Source: a virus | Lineage: Duplodnaviria; Caudoviricetes | Virus record (IMG/VR): IMGVR_UViG_3300028591_000124 | Location: 48,403-112,402 of that record | Length of the DNA: 64,000 nt | Direction: 5' to 3' (one strand) | In this document: positions 51,205 to 61,666 of the stretch, one piece after another | How positions within the stretch are numbered: position 1 is the first letter of the stretch | Layout: every line of letters begins with the position of its first letter | Notes under the pieces: generated by a model | What the model saw: the letters and a program-made list of their open reading frames with translations, nothing else | What the model was told of the DNA's origin: nothing | Database searches by the model: none | Position numbers and translations under genes: made by a program

Positions 51205-51637
51205 TTTTTAAGTTTTGAAAGAGTTCAGCGGGGAGCCTTGATTGTGCGAGTTCCATAACGAAACTATCACTGAAGGCTATTCCGTTTGTCATTACATCAT
51301 CAACAAGGTCATTGTAGTAAACCATGATGTTTGGGTCAACATACATCAGGAAAATATGAGTCAGTATTTCGTGATATAATTCGTCGCCATTTGGATTGGC
51401 ATAGAACAATTCTGCCGTACTTACCCCATATCCTTTTGCAAGTGACTCGATCCAGAACCTCATGGCCCTGGAGAACGTTCTGTAATCGTCTTGGCGTTCT
51501 AATGTCCTGAGGTATTCAGAGGCATTAAAGACGAGTTGCTTGTTCTCCAGGTGTCCGAACTTCAGCGCGGGCACGTCCGAGATTCCTACCTCATCGCATA
51601 TTAGTTCTTTTGCCAGTCGGTTTAGTTTGTAGTCCAT
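51164..51637 (-). CDS. KilA-N-like hypothetical protein
   Basis: FNASEYL ... HEILTHIFLMYVDP; weak recognition. Confidence 0.45.
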   Translation of the reverse strand: MDYKLNRLAKELICDEVGISDVPALKFGHLENKQLVFNASEYLRTLERQDDYRTFSRAMRFWIESLAKGYGVSTAELFYANPNGDELYHEILTHIFLMYVDPNIMVYYNDLVDDVMTNGIAFSDSFVMELAQSRLPAELFQNLKNDSKKNSNIRPAT

Positions 51638-51640
51638 ACC

Positions 51641-52165
51641 TTACATGTTAGCATACTCTCTTTGGATGGATTCCAATGTCGATGGGAGGATGAATGCAGA
51701 TGTGAAAGCCATAATCTTTGTTGCCGTAATAGTGGCATCAGGATACAGCTTTTTAGCATAAGACTCTGCTTCGCCAGTTGTTGCTGCTGGAATGAACATT
51801 GAGACCTTGTTCTTTTTCTCCTTGCCGTTTTCATCAGTGTACGGATCATCAAGATTTACCTGATAGAAATGAAAATCTTGAGATTCGAGATACATTTCTG
51901 CAAACCCATCGAAGAGGTCTGGTTCGGTAATAATGCAGTCGTTTGTGTGAAGGTCGTTAATCTTCAGGCGAACGATCTCTGGCTTAACGGGCATGTGCTT
52001 ATCCCATTGTTCGTCATGAATCAGGGCATAAGCCAATTTTTCAGCGTCTGTGTAGTTGGCACATTCAGCAAGAATTTCCTGCTTTTGCTTCTTCATGTCA
52101 CCAGTTTGGGCATCCTCAGCCTGATACTGGAATTTTAATACGTAAAAATCTGTTACTGTAACCAT
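51641..52165 (-). CDS. DUF4494-like protein
   Basis: GDMKK..LAEC.NYTDAE and FYQV..DENGKEKK..IPA. Confidence 0.65.
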   Translation of the reverse strand: MVTVTDFYVLKFQYQAEDAQTGDMKKQKQEILAECANYTDAEKLAYALIHDEQWDKHMPVKPEIVRLKINDLHTNDCIITEPDLFDGFAEMYLESQDFHFYQVNLDDPYTDENGKEKKNKVSMFIPAATTGEAESYAKKLYPDATITATKIMAFTSAFILPSTLESIQREYANM

Positions 52166-52406
52166 AATAATTAATGTTTGGTAAATTGTTTTTATTGAAA
52201 TAGATTATATGCCGCAAGGTACGTTGTTAATTTAACATACATTATTATTCTATCGGCATTTCCGAAAGTTACTATTTGTGAAAAACTATCTGCGTAAGTG
52301 TTTATTTTGGTATGTTTTGTGCCATCTGTTTTTACTGATAATTGGTGTTTTGCACCCAACATGGGAGTTTTTGGAACCCTATTTACAAGAAATAGGAATT
52401 ATTCTC

Positions 52407-53744
52407 ATGAGAAAAAGAACCGAGACAAATTCGCATGGTCAGTTTTTCAGCGATGACGCGCTTATTTCTGAATACAGGACCATTAAAAAGACCATCCAGG
52501 ATTATGTTTTCGAAATCATGAAACATAATCGTTTCAAGAGTACCGTCAGTTATACAAATGATGGCACCATACTTGATGACCGTTCAGGACTTATTGATTT
52601 GTATGAATCAATTGTGACTCAGGATGCCCATCTTGCAGGAGTCCGTGAAACACTGGAATCCCAGTTGACAGACGAAAGATATATGTTAGCAACTCCAGAT
52701 GGTAAGGGTGGTTGGATACGTGATGACGAAGAATCCAACAAAATCCAGGGGTCACAATTTGAAAAGATCATTCAGGGTGTTGTTGATTCGAGAGCATACG
52801 GTTACACTTGTCTGGAGATTATGCCACGATTTATAGAAATCAATGGCGTTAAGCAGTTAGCGGAAGTTAATAACATCGAAAGACGAAATGTGCTTCCAAA
52901 TCAGTCTCGTATTGTTCAGCGTCAGGGAATCTGGCTTCCAGGTTGGGATCTGGAGAACGAACAATATAGGGATAATTACATTTTGATAAATACTGGTGGT
53001 CTTGGTTATCTTGCAAGTCTTGTTGCTATTGTCTTGGCTAAGAAATTCACTCTTGGTAACTATATCGGATTTGGCCATACATACGGACAGCCGATCATTC
53101 ATGGCAAAACCCCATCAGAAAATGACAACGATAAGCGAAAGCTGGCATCAGATATTGCGAAGAGTTCAGAAAAGCGAGTTCTTGTGACTGGAATGGATGA
53201 CACCATTGATGTTAAGACATTCACGGTTTCAAATTCAGAGCGCGTCTTTATGGGACTTATAAACTATGTCGATCAGGATGTGTCGAACCTAATTTTAGGT
53301 TCAGAATCTGTTGCCGGTGAAGTACAGGCATACGCTGGTTCTGCAAAAACACATGAAGATGTATATCGTGCCCGTATTAAGAAAAACCGCCGTTATGTTG
53401 AAAATGTCATGAACGAACAGATAATTCCTCCGCTTCAGCGCATGGGATTTATCAAAAAAGGTGTTTATTTCAAGTATTCGAACCAGATTGAGATTTCCAC
53501 TGAGAATAAGATTAAGTTGTTCAATATGTTGACAGACAAATATGAGGTGGCTCCAGAAACCATCGATAAGGAATTTGGTGTCAAGGTTGGAGAACAATTT
53601 AATATTGGCATGTCTGGTGGCGGTCTTGGTGAAGGTGGCTGGGGTGACAATGATCATGGGATTATGTCCGACGAAGAGTACATAAAACGTTACGGCCATC
53701 CCAGAGGTACGAATGCCAGGATAAATTTTCTCGAAGGGAAGTAA
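52407..53744 (+). CDS. portal protein (Mu gp29/DUF935-like)
   Basis: LIDLYE..DAHL, YGYTCLEI, YGQP and ILGSES..HEDV; ATG 52407 preferred over GTG 52278. Confidence 0.85.
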   Translation: MRKRTETNSHGQFFSDDALISEYRTIKKTIQDYVFEIMKHNRFKSTVSYTNDGTILDDRSGLIDLYESIVTQDAHLAGVRETLESQLTDERYMLATPDGKGGWIRDDEESNKIQGSQFEKIIQGVVDSRAYGYTCLEIMPRFIEINGVKQLAEVNNIERRNVLPNQSRIVQRQGIWLPGWDLENEQYRDNYILINTGGLGYLASLVAIVLAKKFTLGNYIGFGHTYGQPIIHGKTPSENDNDKRKLASDIAKSSEKRVLVTGMDDTIDVKTFTVSNSERVFMGLINYVDQDVSNLILGSESVAGEVQAYAGSAKTHEDVYRARIKKNRRYVENVMNEQIIPPLQRMGFIKKGVYFKYSNQIEISTENKIKLFNMLTDKYEVAPETIDKEFGVKVGEQFNIGMSGGGLGEGGWGDNDHGIMSDEEYIKRYGHPRGTNARINFLEGK

Positions 53745-53839
53745 GGAACAGGGTCTGCTTCTCTGAAATATACAATTCCCTGAGCGATGATGAAAAGGTC
53801 AAACATGAATCAGAGGCTAAAAAGCTTCTGGCAGCATTT

Positions 53840-54622
53840 ATGGCCGTTGTCAAATGTATCAATCTTGATGCCGACGTTGACCAGGCACTTTATGAATTGA
53901 TGGAGCTTCGTGCAGAGTTATCTATCAATTATTTGTTGGCTGGACTGAATCTGGATGTCGATGATGCAATGATGCTTTTGGAGAATCTTGAAGATGACAG
54001 TCTTACTCAGCAAGAGAGAGATATTCGTGACAGGCTTGTTGCAGGCATAGATAATCTCATCGAGTTCTCAGTGTGTGCAGAATATCAGGCTTTCATGGAA
54101 CTTCCAGACGAAATTGATATGGATGACCCAGATAACATGGCCGAATATGAGGAATTGAGCAACAAATATCATTTGAGGTATGCCAGTGTAGAACATAGTG
54201 ATATTGAATACTCTGCTGGTATTGCATTAAAATGGGTTACATTCTATTCCGCTGCAACGGTTTTGACATACATGACAATGAATGATGACAGGGTTCGCCC
54301 TTGGCATCGTCAATTGGAAGGGTTCTCAGCACCAAGAGACCTGTTTCCGTCATGGATGATACCGCCAATTGAATGGGGGTGCCGCTGTTATCTCGAAGAT
54401 GTTTACGGAAATTCTGTGGAGAACAAATTGCCGTCTATATATAATAAGGTGCCTCATAAGCCGAAAGAGCTTGATAATGTATTCTCTGAGAGTCTTGCAA
54501 AGTGTGGCAGGATATTTGGGAAGAGCCATCCTTATTTCAATGTTCGTAAAGAGCATAAGGAGAAACTGGCTGGGTATGTTGAACGAATAAAGGAGAAATG
54601 GTATGCCAAGAAAGTTCTTTAA
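53840..54622 (+). CDS. Mu gpF / SPP1 gp7-like minor head protein (probably also expressed by frameshift from the portal gene)
   Basis: YMTMNDDRVRPWH, PPIEWGCRC and HPYF. Confidence 0.88.
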   Translation: MAVVKCINLDADVDQALYELMELRAELSINYLLAGLNLDVDDAMMLLENLEDDSLTQQERDIRDRLVAGIDNLIEFSVCAEYQAFMELPDEIDMDDPDNMAEYEELSNKYHLRYASVEHSDIEYSAGIALKWVTFYSAATVLTYMTMNDDRVRPWHRQLEGFSAPRDLFPSWMIPPIEWGCRCYLEDVYGNSVENKLPSIYNKVPHKPKELDNVFSESLAKCGRIFGKSHPYFNVRKEHKEKLAGYVERIKEKWYAKKVL

Positions 54623-55355
54623 TTTCAGACGAGGAAATGCTCCCAAAGGACATACCAAGCCTATCACCAGGCAATATTTTTCAGGCCCGTCGCATTTTGT
54701 AGATGCACAAGGTAATACGATTACCACCGCTTCCCATCCGCAATACATAAATCCGAATACTGGCCAACTTGATTTGTGGAGACTTAGAAATGCTCAGAAG
54801 ATGGGTAAAGTAAATGAGTTCCCGAATCAAGCTGGAAGCAGTATTGCTGTGACAATGGAACAGGCCGCAATGCATTTGAGAAATATCGCATCCAGAAAAA
54901 TCAAAGTGCAGGCCCTAACATTTGAAGTAAAATTGGCCAAAGAAGCTGTTGAAGTGTTTAAGCGTTCATTTTTGGAGAATAAATTTCGCAATTATGGCTC
55001 ACAGCCTTGGAAGAAGTTGTCTCCATACACAATAAAACAAAGACGTAAATTCGGTACAAATCCGAATCATATACTGAGGGATACAGGTACTATGATGAAG
55101 TCCATCCAGGTTGTAGATGGTAAAGGGCTTGTGCGTACAAACCCAAATGCTTATGGTACATCAAGAAGAAACCAAGGTGTCTGCTATGCCGGAATTCATA
55201 ATGACCCTCAATTTTTTGGCGCAACCAATATTGCTGCAAGAAATCACCATGTCCCACAACGACAGTTTATGGGTCATTCTTCCTATTTAAGAGAGGAGGG
55301 CTGGGTTCTCTCTGAGTTGTATTTGTTTGATGAACTGTTTACACCGATAGTATGA
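54603..55355 (+). CDS. Mu gpG-like virion morphogenesis protein
   Basis: WKKLS, ILRDTGTMMKSI, YAGIHN and PQRQFMG. Confidence 0.8.
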   Translation: MPRKFFNFRRGNAPKGHTKPITRQYFSGPSHFVDAQGNTITTASHPQYINPNTGQLDLWRLRNAQKMGKVNEFPNQAGSSIAVTMEQAAMHLRNIASRKIKVQALTFEVKLAKEAVEVFKRSFLENKFRNYGSQPWKKLSPYTIKQRRKFGTNPNHILRDTGTMMKSIQVVDGKGLVRTNPNAYGTSRRNQGVCYAGIHNDPQFFGATNIAARNHHVPQRQFMGHSSYLREEGWVLSELYLFDELFTPIV

Positions 55356-56227
55356 TTATACCTAAGAAAAAATTGCAGACCGATCCTCAGGAGATTCCTG
55401 TTCCTGAGAAACTTCAGATACCCAAAAATGGACTGATTGCCGTTTATCATGCCATTAAGGAGATTCTGGAACAGGTTCGTTGGGATTACTATGATCCCAA
55501 TAGCGAGAAGATTTTTAAGACCGTAATGATGAATCGCGGTCAGTTTGAGCGTATCATCAGAAAAGGTGGTAACTCAGAATATGCGCTTGGATTCCCAGCT
55601 GCATTTGTTGAATTCACGAATTGGAGGTATTTGGTACAACAGCAGCGTATTAATGAGGGTAGAGCTAATATGCAAATCAAATTTGTCATGAACCGACTTA
55701 ACAATCAGGATCCAGACACTTTTGATGCAGATGGCAATGTTGTTGAATATCGTGAAACTGAAGTCGAATATGTAGCTCAAATTATTAATCAGTTTATCCA
55801 AGAACTAAAATACAAATATCCAGCTCTTTCTGAGCGAGTCAATTTGACTTATGTGGACCCATTAGAAAGTTTTGATAATGGACTTCAGCCATGTTGGATT
55901 ACGTATGAGGTGTGGTTCCGAGAAGAAAGCATTTATGCTACAAGATGGCTCAGAAACACATATATCGTATTTCCACCATATACTAATCATAGTGACCAAA
56001 AAGAAGACTATAATCAGAACGGTCATGATAATTATGACCATCCTGAATTACATAAGGATCATTCAAAATTCATTGATGTTGATGGTGAACCACCAGTTGA
56101 TCCATACGAAGATTGGGAAATGCCTGAAGGTGGTGAGAAAGAGATTGAAGAAGACAATGGGGGTGAAACTCCAGACTCTTCTGAAAATTCAGAAAACACC
56201 TCTGACACTGTGCCTTCTGAGCCATAA
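55352..56227 (+). CDS. putative tail terminator/neck protein with an acidic tail
   Basis: FPAAFVEF motif; position in the module. Confidence 0.5.
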   Translation: MIIPKKKLQTDPQEIPVPEKLQIPKNGLIAVYHAIKEILEQVRWDYYDPNSEKIFKTVMMNRGQFERIIRKGGNSEYALGFPAAFVEFTNWRYLVQQQRINEGRANMQIKFVMNRLNNQDPDTFDADGNVVEYRETEVEYVAQIINQFIQELKYKYPALSERVNLTYVDPLESFDNGLQPCWITYEVWFREESIYATRWLRNTYIVFPPYTNHSDQKEDYNQNGHDNYDHPELHKDHSKFIDVDGEPPVDPYEDWEMPEGGEKEIEEDNGGETPDSSENSENTSDTVPSEP

Positions 56228-56274
56228 AACAACACAGGAAATCAAATACTCACTATTTAAAGAAAAACGAAATT

Positions 56275-57564
56275 ATGACAAAAGAAGAATTGAAATTTGT
56301 ACGCGGTAGCCTTAAACAGGGCGAACCAGCAGAGATTTTGTTCTTTGATGATGTGGAATGGTGGAGCTGTGACCGCTTCCTTGAAGAGTTGCAGTACATT
56401 ATTGACTGTATCAATCCTTCAGAGATCAATATTCTTATCAATTCTGCTGGTGGCAATGTTGTAGAGGGTATGAAAGTCTTTACGAAGATTCTCAATTGCC
56501 CGATTCCTACAAGGACAACCATTGCCGGTATTGCTGCATCAATGGGTTCTGTTATTTGGGCAGCTGGTCAAAAGCTCTATATGAGCGATTTTTCACTGTT
56601 GATGATTCACAATCCTTGGATGGGCGCAGACATGGATGATCCTAACAATCGCCAGATTATTGAAGCTTTTAAAAAACAGATAACGACTGTATATTGCAAA
56701 CGTTTCGGTTTCTCTGAGGACAAGGTTAAGGAAATCATGGACGGCCAGCCTGGTTGCAATGGAACATTCTTGACAGCTCAGGATGCGGTTGATCAGGGCT
56801 TCATTCCTGCTAACCATGTAATTGAAACACCACAAACCATTAAAGATAAGGTTGCAGCAGCGGTTAAGGGTAACACTAATTCTGCTTCTGTACAGGCAAT
56901 CATGTCTCTGGTTCTTGGCCAAAATTACCAACAGCAGCCACAATCGGCTATTTCTGATAAAGAGCCGAAAGGCAATGATAACATTAATTCACAAATAAAT
57001 CAAAAGAAAATGGAAGAACTGAAAGTAGTCGCTTCGCAGCTGGGTATCCAGGGCGAGGTTTCGCTTGAAAAGGTTTCCGATGCCATTCTTCAGTTGAAGC
57101 AGGGCAAGGCCGACCTGAAAAAGGCAAGCGATGAACTGGCAACAGTTAAGAATGAACTGAACGACCTGAAGATCAAGCATGAGGCTGAGAAGGCCACCAG
57201 TGCTTCCCTTCAGAAATCTCTCGACGAAGTGAAGTCTGAGCTTCAGACTTACAAGGACAAGGAAAAGGCTGAGCGCACTGCCGCTATCAATGCTATGGTT
57301 GACGAGGCAATTGCTACTGGCAAGATTTCTGCCGAGGCAAAGGCAAGTTGGGTAGCAATGGCTGAGCAGAACTTTGACATGGTGAAGAGCTCTTTGGAGT
57401 CAATCCCCGCACGTCAGCAGCTGTCTAAGCAGATTGCCGGTGCTCCTGAGAACCGTCAGGCCGCTCAGGATGGTGCCTTGACTGAGGAGCAGAAGATCCA
57501 GGCTCATGTTGAGTCTCTGCTGCCTGAGGGTTTTGCCTTCAAGAAGGTGTCTGACCTGAAGTAA
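56275..57564 (+). CDS. ClpP-type prohead protease fused to a scaffold
   Basis: INSAGGNV, GIAASMGS and LMIHNPW; C-terminal coiled coil. Confidence 0.9.
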   Translation: MTKEELKFVRGSLKQGEPAEILFFDDVEWWSCDRFLEELQYIIDCINPSEINILINSAGGNVVEGMKVFTKILNCPIPTRTTIAGIAASMGSVIWAAGQKLYMSDFSLLMIHNPWMGADMDDPNNRQIIEAFKKQITTVYCKRFGFSEDKVKEIMDGQPGCNGTFLTAQDAVDQGFIPANHVIETPQTIKDKVAAAVKGNTNSASVQAIMSLVLGQNYQQQPQSAISDKEPKGNDNINSQINQKKMEELKVVASQLGIQGEVSLEKVSDAILQLKQGKADLKKASDELATVKNELNDLKIKHEAEKATSASLQKSLDEVKSELQTYKDKEKAERTAAINAMVDEAIATGKISAEAKASWVAMAEQNFDMVKSSLESIPARQQLSKQIAGAPENRQAAQDGALTEEQKIQAHVESLLPEGFAFKKVSDLK

Positions 57565-57611
57565 GCGTGTGACCAAATAATAAAAGTAATCATTAAAAAA
57601 GTAAAGAGAAT

Positions 57612-58856
57612 ATGCCTAACACAGTAAACATGAGTGGTGTTCGCGCAGACGGTTCTTTCCAGTTTAAAGACAACCAGTATTCTGGTGAGTTCCTGGAGGA
57701 TCTTCTCGTTTACACTGCCTCCGAGAATGAGACCTACAAAGAGGGTCTGATTCACATTAAGACTGGTGTCCAGATGAAGTATAGCCTGCCTCTTGTGCAG
57801 TTGGGTAAGATCATCCAGGACCACGTTGCAACACCAAGCTCTGACCAGAGCGGCAACGACACGGGTAAGTACAAGTTCACCGAGCGTTACTTGGAGCCCC
57901 AGGATTTCATGGTGTACTTCGAGTTCAATCCCCGTGACTTCGAGAAGTATTACAAGTGGTTCCAGCCCGATGGCAACCTCGTTTTCCGCACCCTCGACCC
58001 GAAGATTCAGGCCGTGATGGTTCGTCTCCTGATGGAGAACAAGAACGAGTATATCGACAACAGTATCTGGATGTCTGCCAAGGGCGGTGCTTCTGCATCA
58101 AAGATCACCACTCCTACCGGTGACGATTATGAGGAGATTGGTGGTGATGTAGACGCTGGTCCAATGAAGTATTTCGACGGTGCCATCAAGCGCATCATCG
58201 ACAACAACATTGGTCTGGATGGTGACAAGGATCCTCGCAAGGCCGTTGTTGCCGGTACTACCGCTTTCTCTACTGGTGCAGACGTAGAGGCAGCTCTGCG
58301 TACCATGTGGCGTAAGACCCCGACCAAGATTCGCAAGAAGGCATCGTTTGTCTTCGTGATGGACCAGAACAGCTGGGATCTGTACGACCAGTACCTAACC
58401 GACAAGACCGTCAAGTACACGGACAACACCGAGATGAACCAGTACCGTTTCAAGGGAAAGCGCATCATTCCTCTGAACGCTATTCCTAAGGATACCATCG
58501 TAGGTGGTGTATTCACCAACGGTATGGATTCTAACCTCTGGATGGCCGTTGACTACGCTTCAGATGAGAACGTTCTTCAGATCGACAAGCTCCAGAACAA
58601 CTCTGAGCTGTACTTCTTCAAGATGCTCCTGAAGGTTGACGTGAACATCGTTCGTCCTGGTGAGATCGTTATCTGGACTCCTTACGTATCGAGCGCAACT
58701 GTGACCTATACAGCTGTTTCGAGCACGACTGGTAAGAATCCTGCCGACGAGGGTTGGTACGAGCGCAGCGGCTCTGAGGGCAGTTACGTTTACACACTGA
58801 CCAAGGACGTTGCTCCTGCCGCCGGTAAGACGTACTATCAGAAGGTTGTTTCTTAA
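57612..58856 (+). CDS. major capsid protein
   Basis: 414 aa after the protease/scaffold, strong high-expression codon bias, followed by a terminator. Confidence 0.75.
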   Translation: MPNTVNMSGVRADGSFQFKDNQYSGEFLEDLLVYTASENETYKEGLIHIKTGVQMKYSLPLVQLGKIIQDHVATPSSDQSGNDTGKYKFTERYLEPQDFMVYFEFNPRDFEKYYKWFQPDGNLVFRTLDPKIQAVMVRLLMENKNEYIDNSIWMSAKGGASASKITTPTGDDYEEIGGDVDAGPMKYFDGAIKRIIDNNIGLDGDKDPRKAVVAGTTAFSTGADVEAALRTMWRKTPTKIRKKASFVFVMDQNSWDLYDQYLTDKTVKYTDNTEMNQYRFKGKRIIPLNAIPKDTIVGGVFTNGMDSNLWMAVDYASDENVLQIDKLQNNSELYFFKMLLKVDVNIVRPGEIVIWTPYVSSATVTYTAVSSTTGKNPADEGWYERSGSEGSYVYTLTKDVAPAAGKTYYQKVVS

Positions 58857-58876
58857 ACACCTGAAGTCGCATAGGT

Positions 58877-58910
58877 AAAGCGGAGGGGACACGCTCTCCT
58901 CCGCTTTTTT
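58877..58910 (+). terminator. intrinsic terminator
   Basis: AAAGCGGAGG/CCTCCGCTTT stem followed by a T tract. Confidence 0.85.
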
Positions 58911-58938
58911 CTAAGTAAAACTCAAACATAAAGTAGTT

Positions 58939-59622
58939 ATGGCAAGAAAGAGTACAACAAAGGCCGTTAATGAAGAGGCCGAGAAGAAGGAAGAGCAGCA
59001 GCCCACTCCAGAAACTCAGCAGGAATCCGTACAGGGGCCATCTAATGAAGCCGAAACACCTACTGATGAAAACTCAGAAGGCACCGTAAAGGCACCAGAA
59101 GAGAATCCTGAGGAAAACCAAGAAGAGAATCCTGGTAAGGGTTCAGAAGGTGAGGTGAAAAGCCAAGCTCAGATAACTGGTGAGCAGTTTTCTTCAATGA
59201 TGGAAGCTCTTGTTGAAGCCAAGAAGATCGTTCCTGGTGACAACATAACCAAGAAAGTTTCAGACTCCCTGGAGCCACTTGATGAGGAAACATTGACCCC
59301 AGAAATTATCATCGACACGTTGAATGAGGCTGGTCTTACAGCTTTTGCAGATGCTTTCAAACGTGTTTGCAATGGTGAAGATGTGTCTTTGGTGGCATCT
59401 GAATTTGTTGTTCCTGATCCCAAGAAACCCGCTTCTAAGACTCAGAAAGTCGCAAAGGAGCCAGTTGACAAGGCAGAGCAAGAGCGTATCGACGGAATCC
59501 TGAAGATGTATCCTCAGTACGCTGAGCTTTACATTGATTCTAAGGGTGGCGTTTTCACAGTGAACACTCCAGAGTCTGTAAGGGGTAACGCCAAGCTCTA
59601 CACTAACAAGTATCACAAATAA
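58939..59622 (+). CDS. hypothetical protein with a low-complexity acidic N-terminus
   Basis: 227-aa ORF between capsid and sheath genes. Confidence 0.8.
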   Translation: MARKSTTKAVNEEAEKKEEQQPTPETQQESVQGPSNEAETPTDENSEGTVKAPEENPEENQEENPGKGSEGEVKSQAQITGEQFSSMMEALVEAKKIVPGDNITKKVSDSLEPLDEETLTPEIIIDTLNEAGLTAFADAFKRVCNGEDVSLVASEFVVPDPKKPASKTQKVAKEPVDKAEQERIDGILKMYPQYAELYIDSKGGVFTVNTPESVRGNAKLYTNKYHK

Positions 59623-59641
59623 TTAAAAAAAGAAGAACAAT

Positions 59642-61006
59642 ATGGCAAAACATGGTGGAGTCTTTATGACTAATGTTGATGGCTATACCGCCAGCAACAC
59701 CGTACCTTCCGAGAACATCGGTGGTCTTTTGTTCGATATTGGTAGGCGCGAGAATCCATTCTCAGGATACTCTGTTGCTCAGGCCAAGCTGGGTAATCGC
59801 CAGGTAGTTGAAATCAACTCTTTGGAAGATGCTATTCAGTTGGGTATTGAGGAAGGCGGTCTCCTTGGTGGTGTCGCATACTACCATATCGAGAAATTCT
59901 TCGCCCTTGCGGGATCTGGCCAGCGTCTATTTATCATGTTCGCTGACTGTACCTCGAACTTCAATGCTATCGAGGACATGCAGACTGCCGCCAAGGGTCT
60001 GTGCTTCCACATCGGTCTTTGGACTGAGCAGGAGCTGTTCACTAAGGTGAATGATGACTATCGCCTCAATTCATGGGTATCCTCTGTAGAGACTGTCTGT
60101 GAAAAGCTGGGCGGTCGCATCAAGAAGCAGGGTGAGAACTATGTCAACTATGACGGAAACGCACAGGTTGTCGTAGTGATCAATGCTAACCCAGGCTACA
60201 TCACCGATGGCCAGTCAGCTATCAAAGAGATTGACCTTACGAAGCTTCCGAATGCTATCAGCTCTTGTCCTTATGTGGCTATTTCACTTGGTCAGGAGAG
60301 TTCTGATGATGTTCACACGATGCAGCTTCACAACCACAACCAGTGCCCCGTTGGTAACATCGGTATGGCTCTTGGCGTTTTGGCTGTTGCTCCTGTGCAG
60401 CACTCTATCGGTTATGTGGCTAATTACAACTTGTTCGCTGCCTGCCAGTCTGCTGAGCTTGGTTTCGGTAACCTCTCTACTACTGGTGAAGGTGCTCAGA
60501 TTGCCTGGGCTGCAAATGCATCGTTCACTCACATCGACACTCTCACATACACAAAGCGTAACACCCAGATCATTCAGAAGGGTTTCATTATGCTGACCAA
60601 CTACGATGGCTATGAGAATGGCATCTATTTCAGCGGTGACACCACCCTGAGCGACGGTGACTTCCGTACTATCGCCCGTTGCCGCACAATGGCCAAGGCC
60701 CGCCGTCTGGTCCGTATGGCTCTGTTGCCTTATGTGAATGCCCCTGTACAGGTGAACGCATCCACCGGACTGCTTTCAGCGTCTCAGATCACTACGTTCA
60801 AGAACCTCATCGCCAGTGCTCTTGACACTGGAATGGTGAATCCTGGAAGCTCTGTCTCTCAGATCAGTGGGCGTACTGTCAACATTGACGCTAACCAGAA
60901 TGTGTTGAAGAATGACGAGCTCATTATTGACTTTGGTATCGTTCCTGTAGGTACGACAACCATCATCAATGTGACTGAGCACTTCACCACCAGCACACAA
61001 GCGTAA
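59642..61006 (+). CDS. tail sheath protein (DUF2586-like)
   Basis: YYHIEKFF, GMALG..SIGYV, DFRTIARCRTMAKARR and IDANQNVL. Confidence 0.8.
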   Translation: MAKHGGVFMTNVDGYTASNTVPSENIGGLLFDIGRRENPFSGYSVAQAKLGNRQVVEINSLEDAIQLGIEEGGLLGGVAYYHIEKFFALAGSGQRLFIMFADCTSNFNAIEDMQTAAKGLCFHIGLWTEQELFTKVNDDYRLNSWVSSVETVCEKLGGRIKKQGENYVNYDGNAQVVVVINANPGYITDGQSAIKEIDLTKLPNAISSCPYVAISLGQESSDDVHTMQLHNHNQCPVGNIGMALGVLAVAPVQHSIGYVANYNLFAACQSAELGFGNLSTTGEGAQIAWAANASFTHIDTLTYTKRNTQIIQKGFIMLTNYDGYENGIYFSGDTTLSDGDFRTIARCRTMAKARRLVRMALLPYVNAPVQVNASTGLLSASQITTFKNLIASALDTGMVNPGSSVSQISGRTVNIDANQNVLKNDELIIDFGIVPVGTTTIINVTEHFTTSTQA

Positions 61007-61029
61007 TCAATTAAAAAAGTAGAAAGAAT

Positions 61030-61512
61030 ATGGCACAGATTAATCATGTTGCATGTAGCTGGAGTATGATAGAGCTCCAGGCTCCTGCTTTGGGTGAAGA
61101 CATCTTCGTGAACTGTACCGCAATCAACTGGAATGCGGCCCGTACCGTTGAGACCAATTACGGTCTTGGCGGTCAGCCACGTTCTCGCGGTTTCGGTAAC
61201 AATGAGCTGAGTGCGTCTATCACTCTTGACGTGGCAACGATGATCATGCTCCGCAATCTCGACAGCAACACAGGAAAGACCCTGATGTCGCTTGGAGAAT
61301 TCGACCTCATCGTCAGCTGGATCAGTGACATCATGCAGAACACTCCTGAAGAGGCCGTTACGTTGGCTGGATGCTTCTTCTCTGAAGACGGCATGGAGGC
61401 CAATCAGAATGATACGAACATCACCAAGCAGTACGACTTGCATCCGTTCCGTATCTTCACGGATTCTTCAGCACAGACTGACCGCTCTGCCGAGCTTTAT
61501 GCTGGCAACTAA
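61030..61512 (+). CDS. tail tube protein
   Basis: SWSMI, YGLGGQPRSRGFGN and FDLIVS; follows the sheath gene. Confidence 0.8.
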   Translation: MAQINHVACSWSMIELQAPALGEDIFVNCTAINWNAARTVETNYGLGGQPRSRGFGNNELSASITLDVATMIMLRNLDSNTGKTLMSLGEFDLIVSWISDIMQNTPEEAVTLAGCFFSEDGMEANQNDTNITKQYDLHPFRIFTDSSAQTDRSAELYAGN

Positions 61513-61543
61513 CCACGACGGTTTATGTTTGGTAGTTTGGACG

Positions 61544-61577
61544 GAAGGCACTCAAATCGGGTGCCTTCTTTTATTTT
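61544..61577 (+). terminator. intrinsic terminator
   Basis: GAAGGCACTC/GGGTGCCTTC stem followed by a T tract. Confidence 0.8.
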
Positions 61578-61666
61578 GTACCCCATTTAATCAACCTCCA
61601 TATTTTCACCTATTCTATTTATAAACGACAACAAACATCAAACCGTTTTTAAAAAATTGTACAATT

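Noticed and set aside
52278-52406. Hydrophobic N-terminal extension of the portal
   Set aside because: ATG 52407 has the CTATTT motif and an A-rich context; the extension looks like translated intergenic DNA.
56316-56327. 12-nt match (ACAGGGCGAACC) to the DGR VR end
   Set aside because: Short, inside the protease coding sequence and does not extend; consistent with chance.
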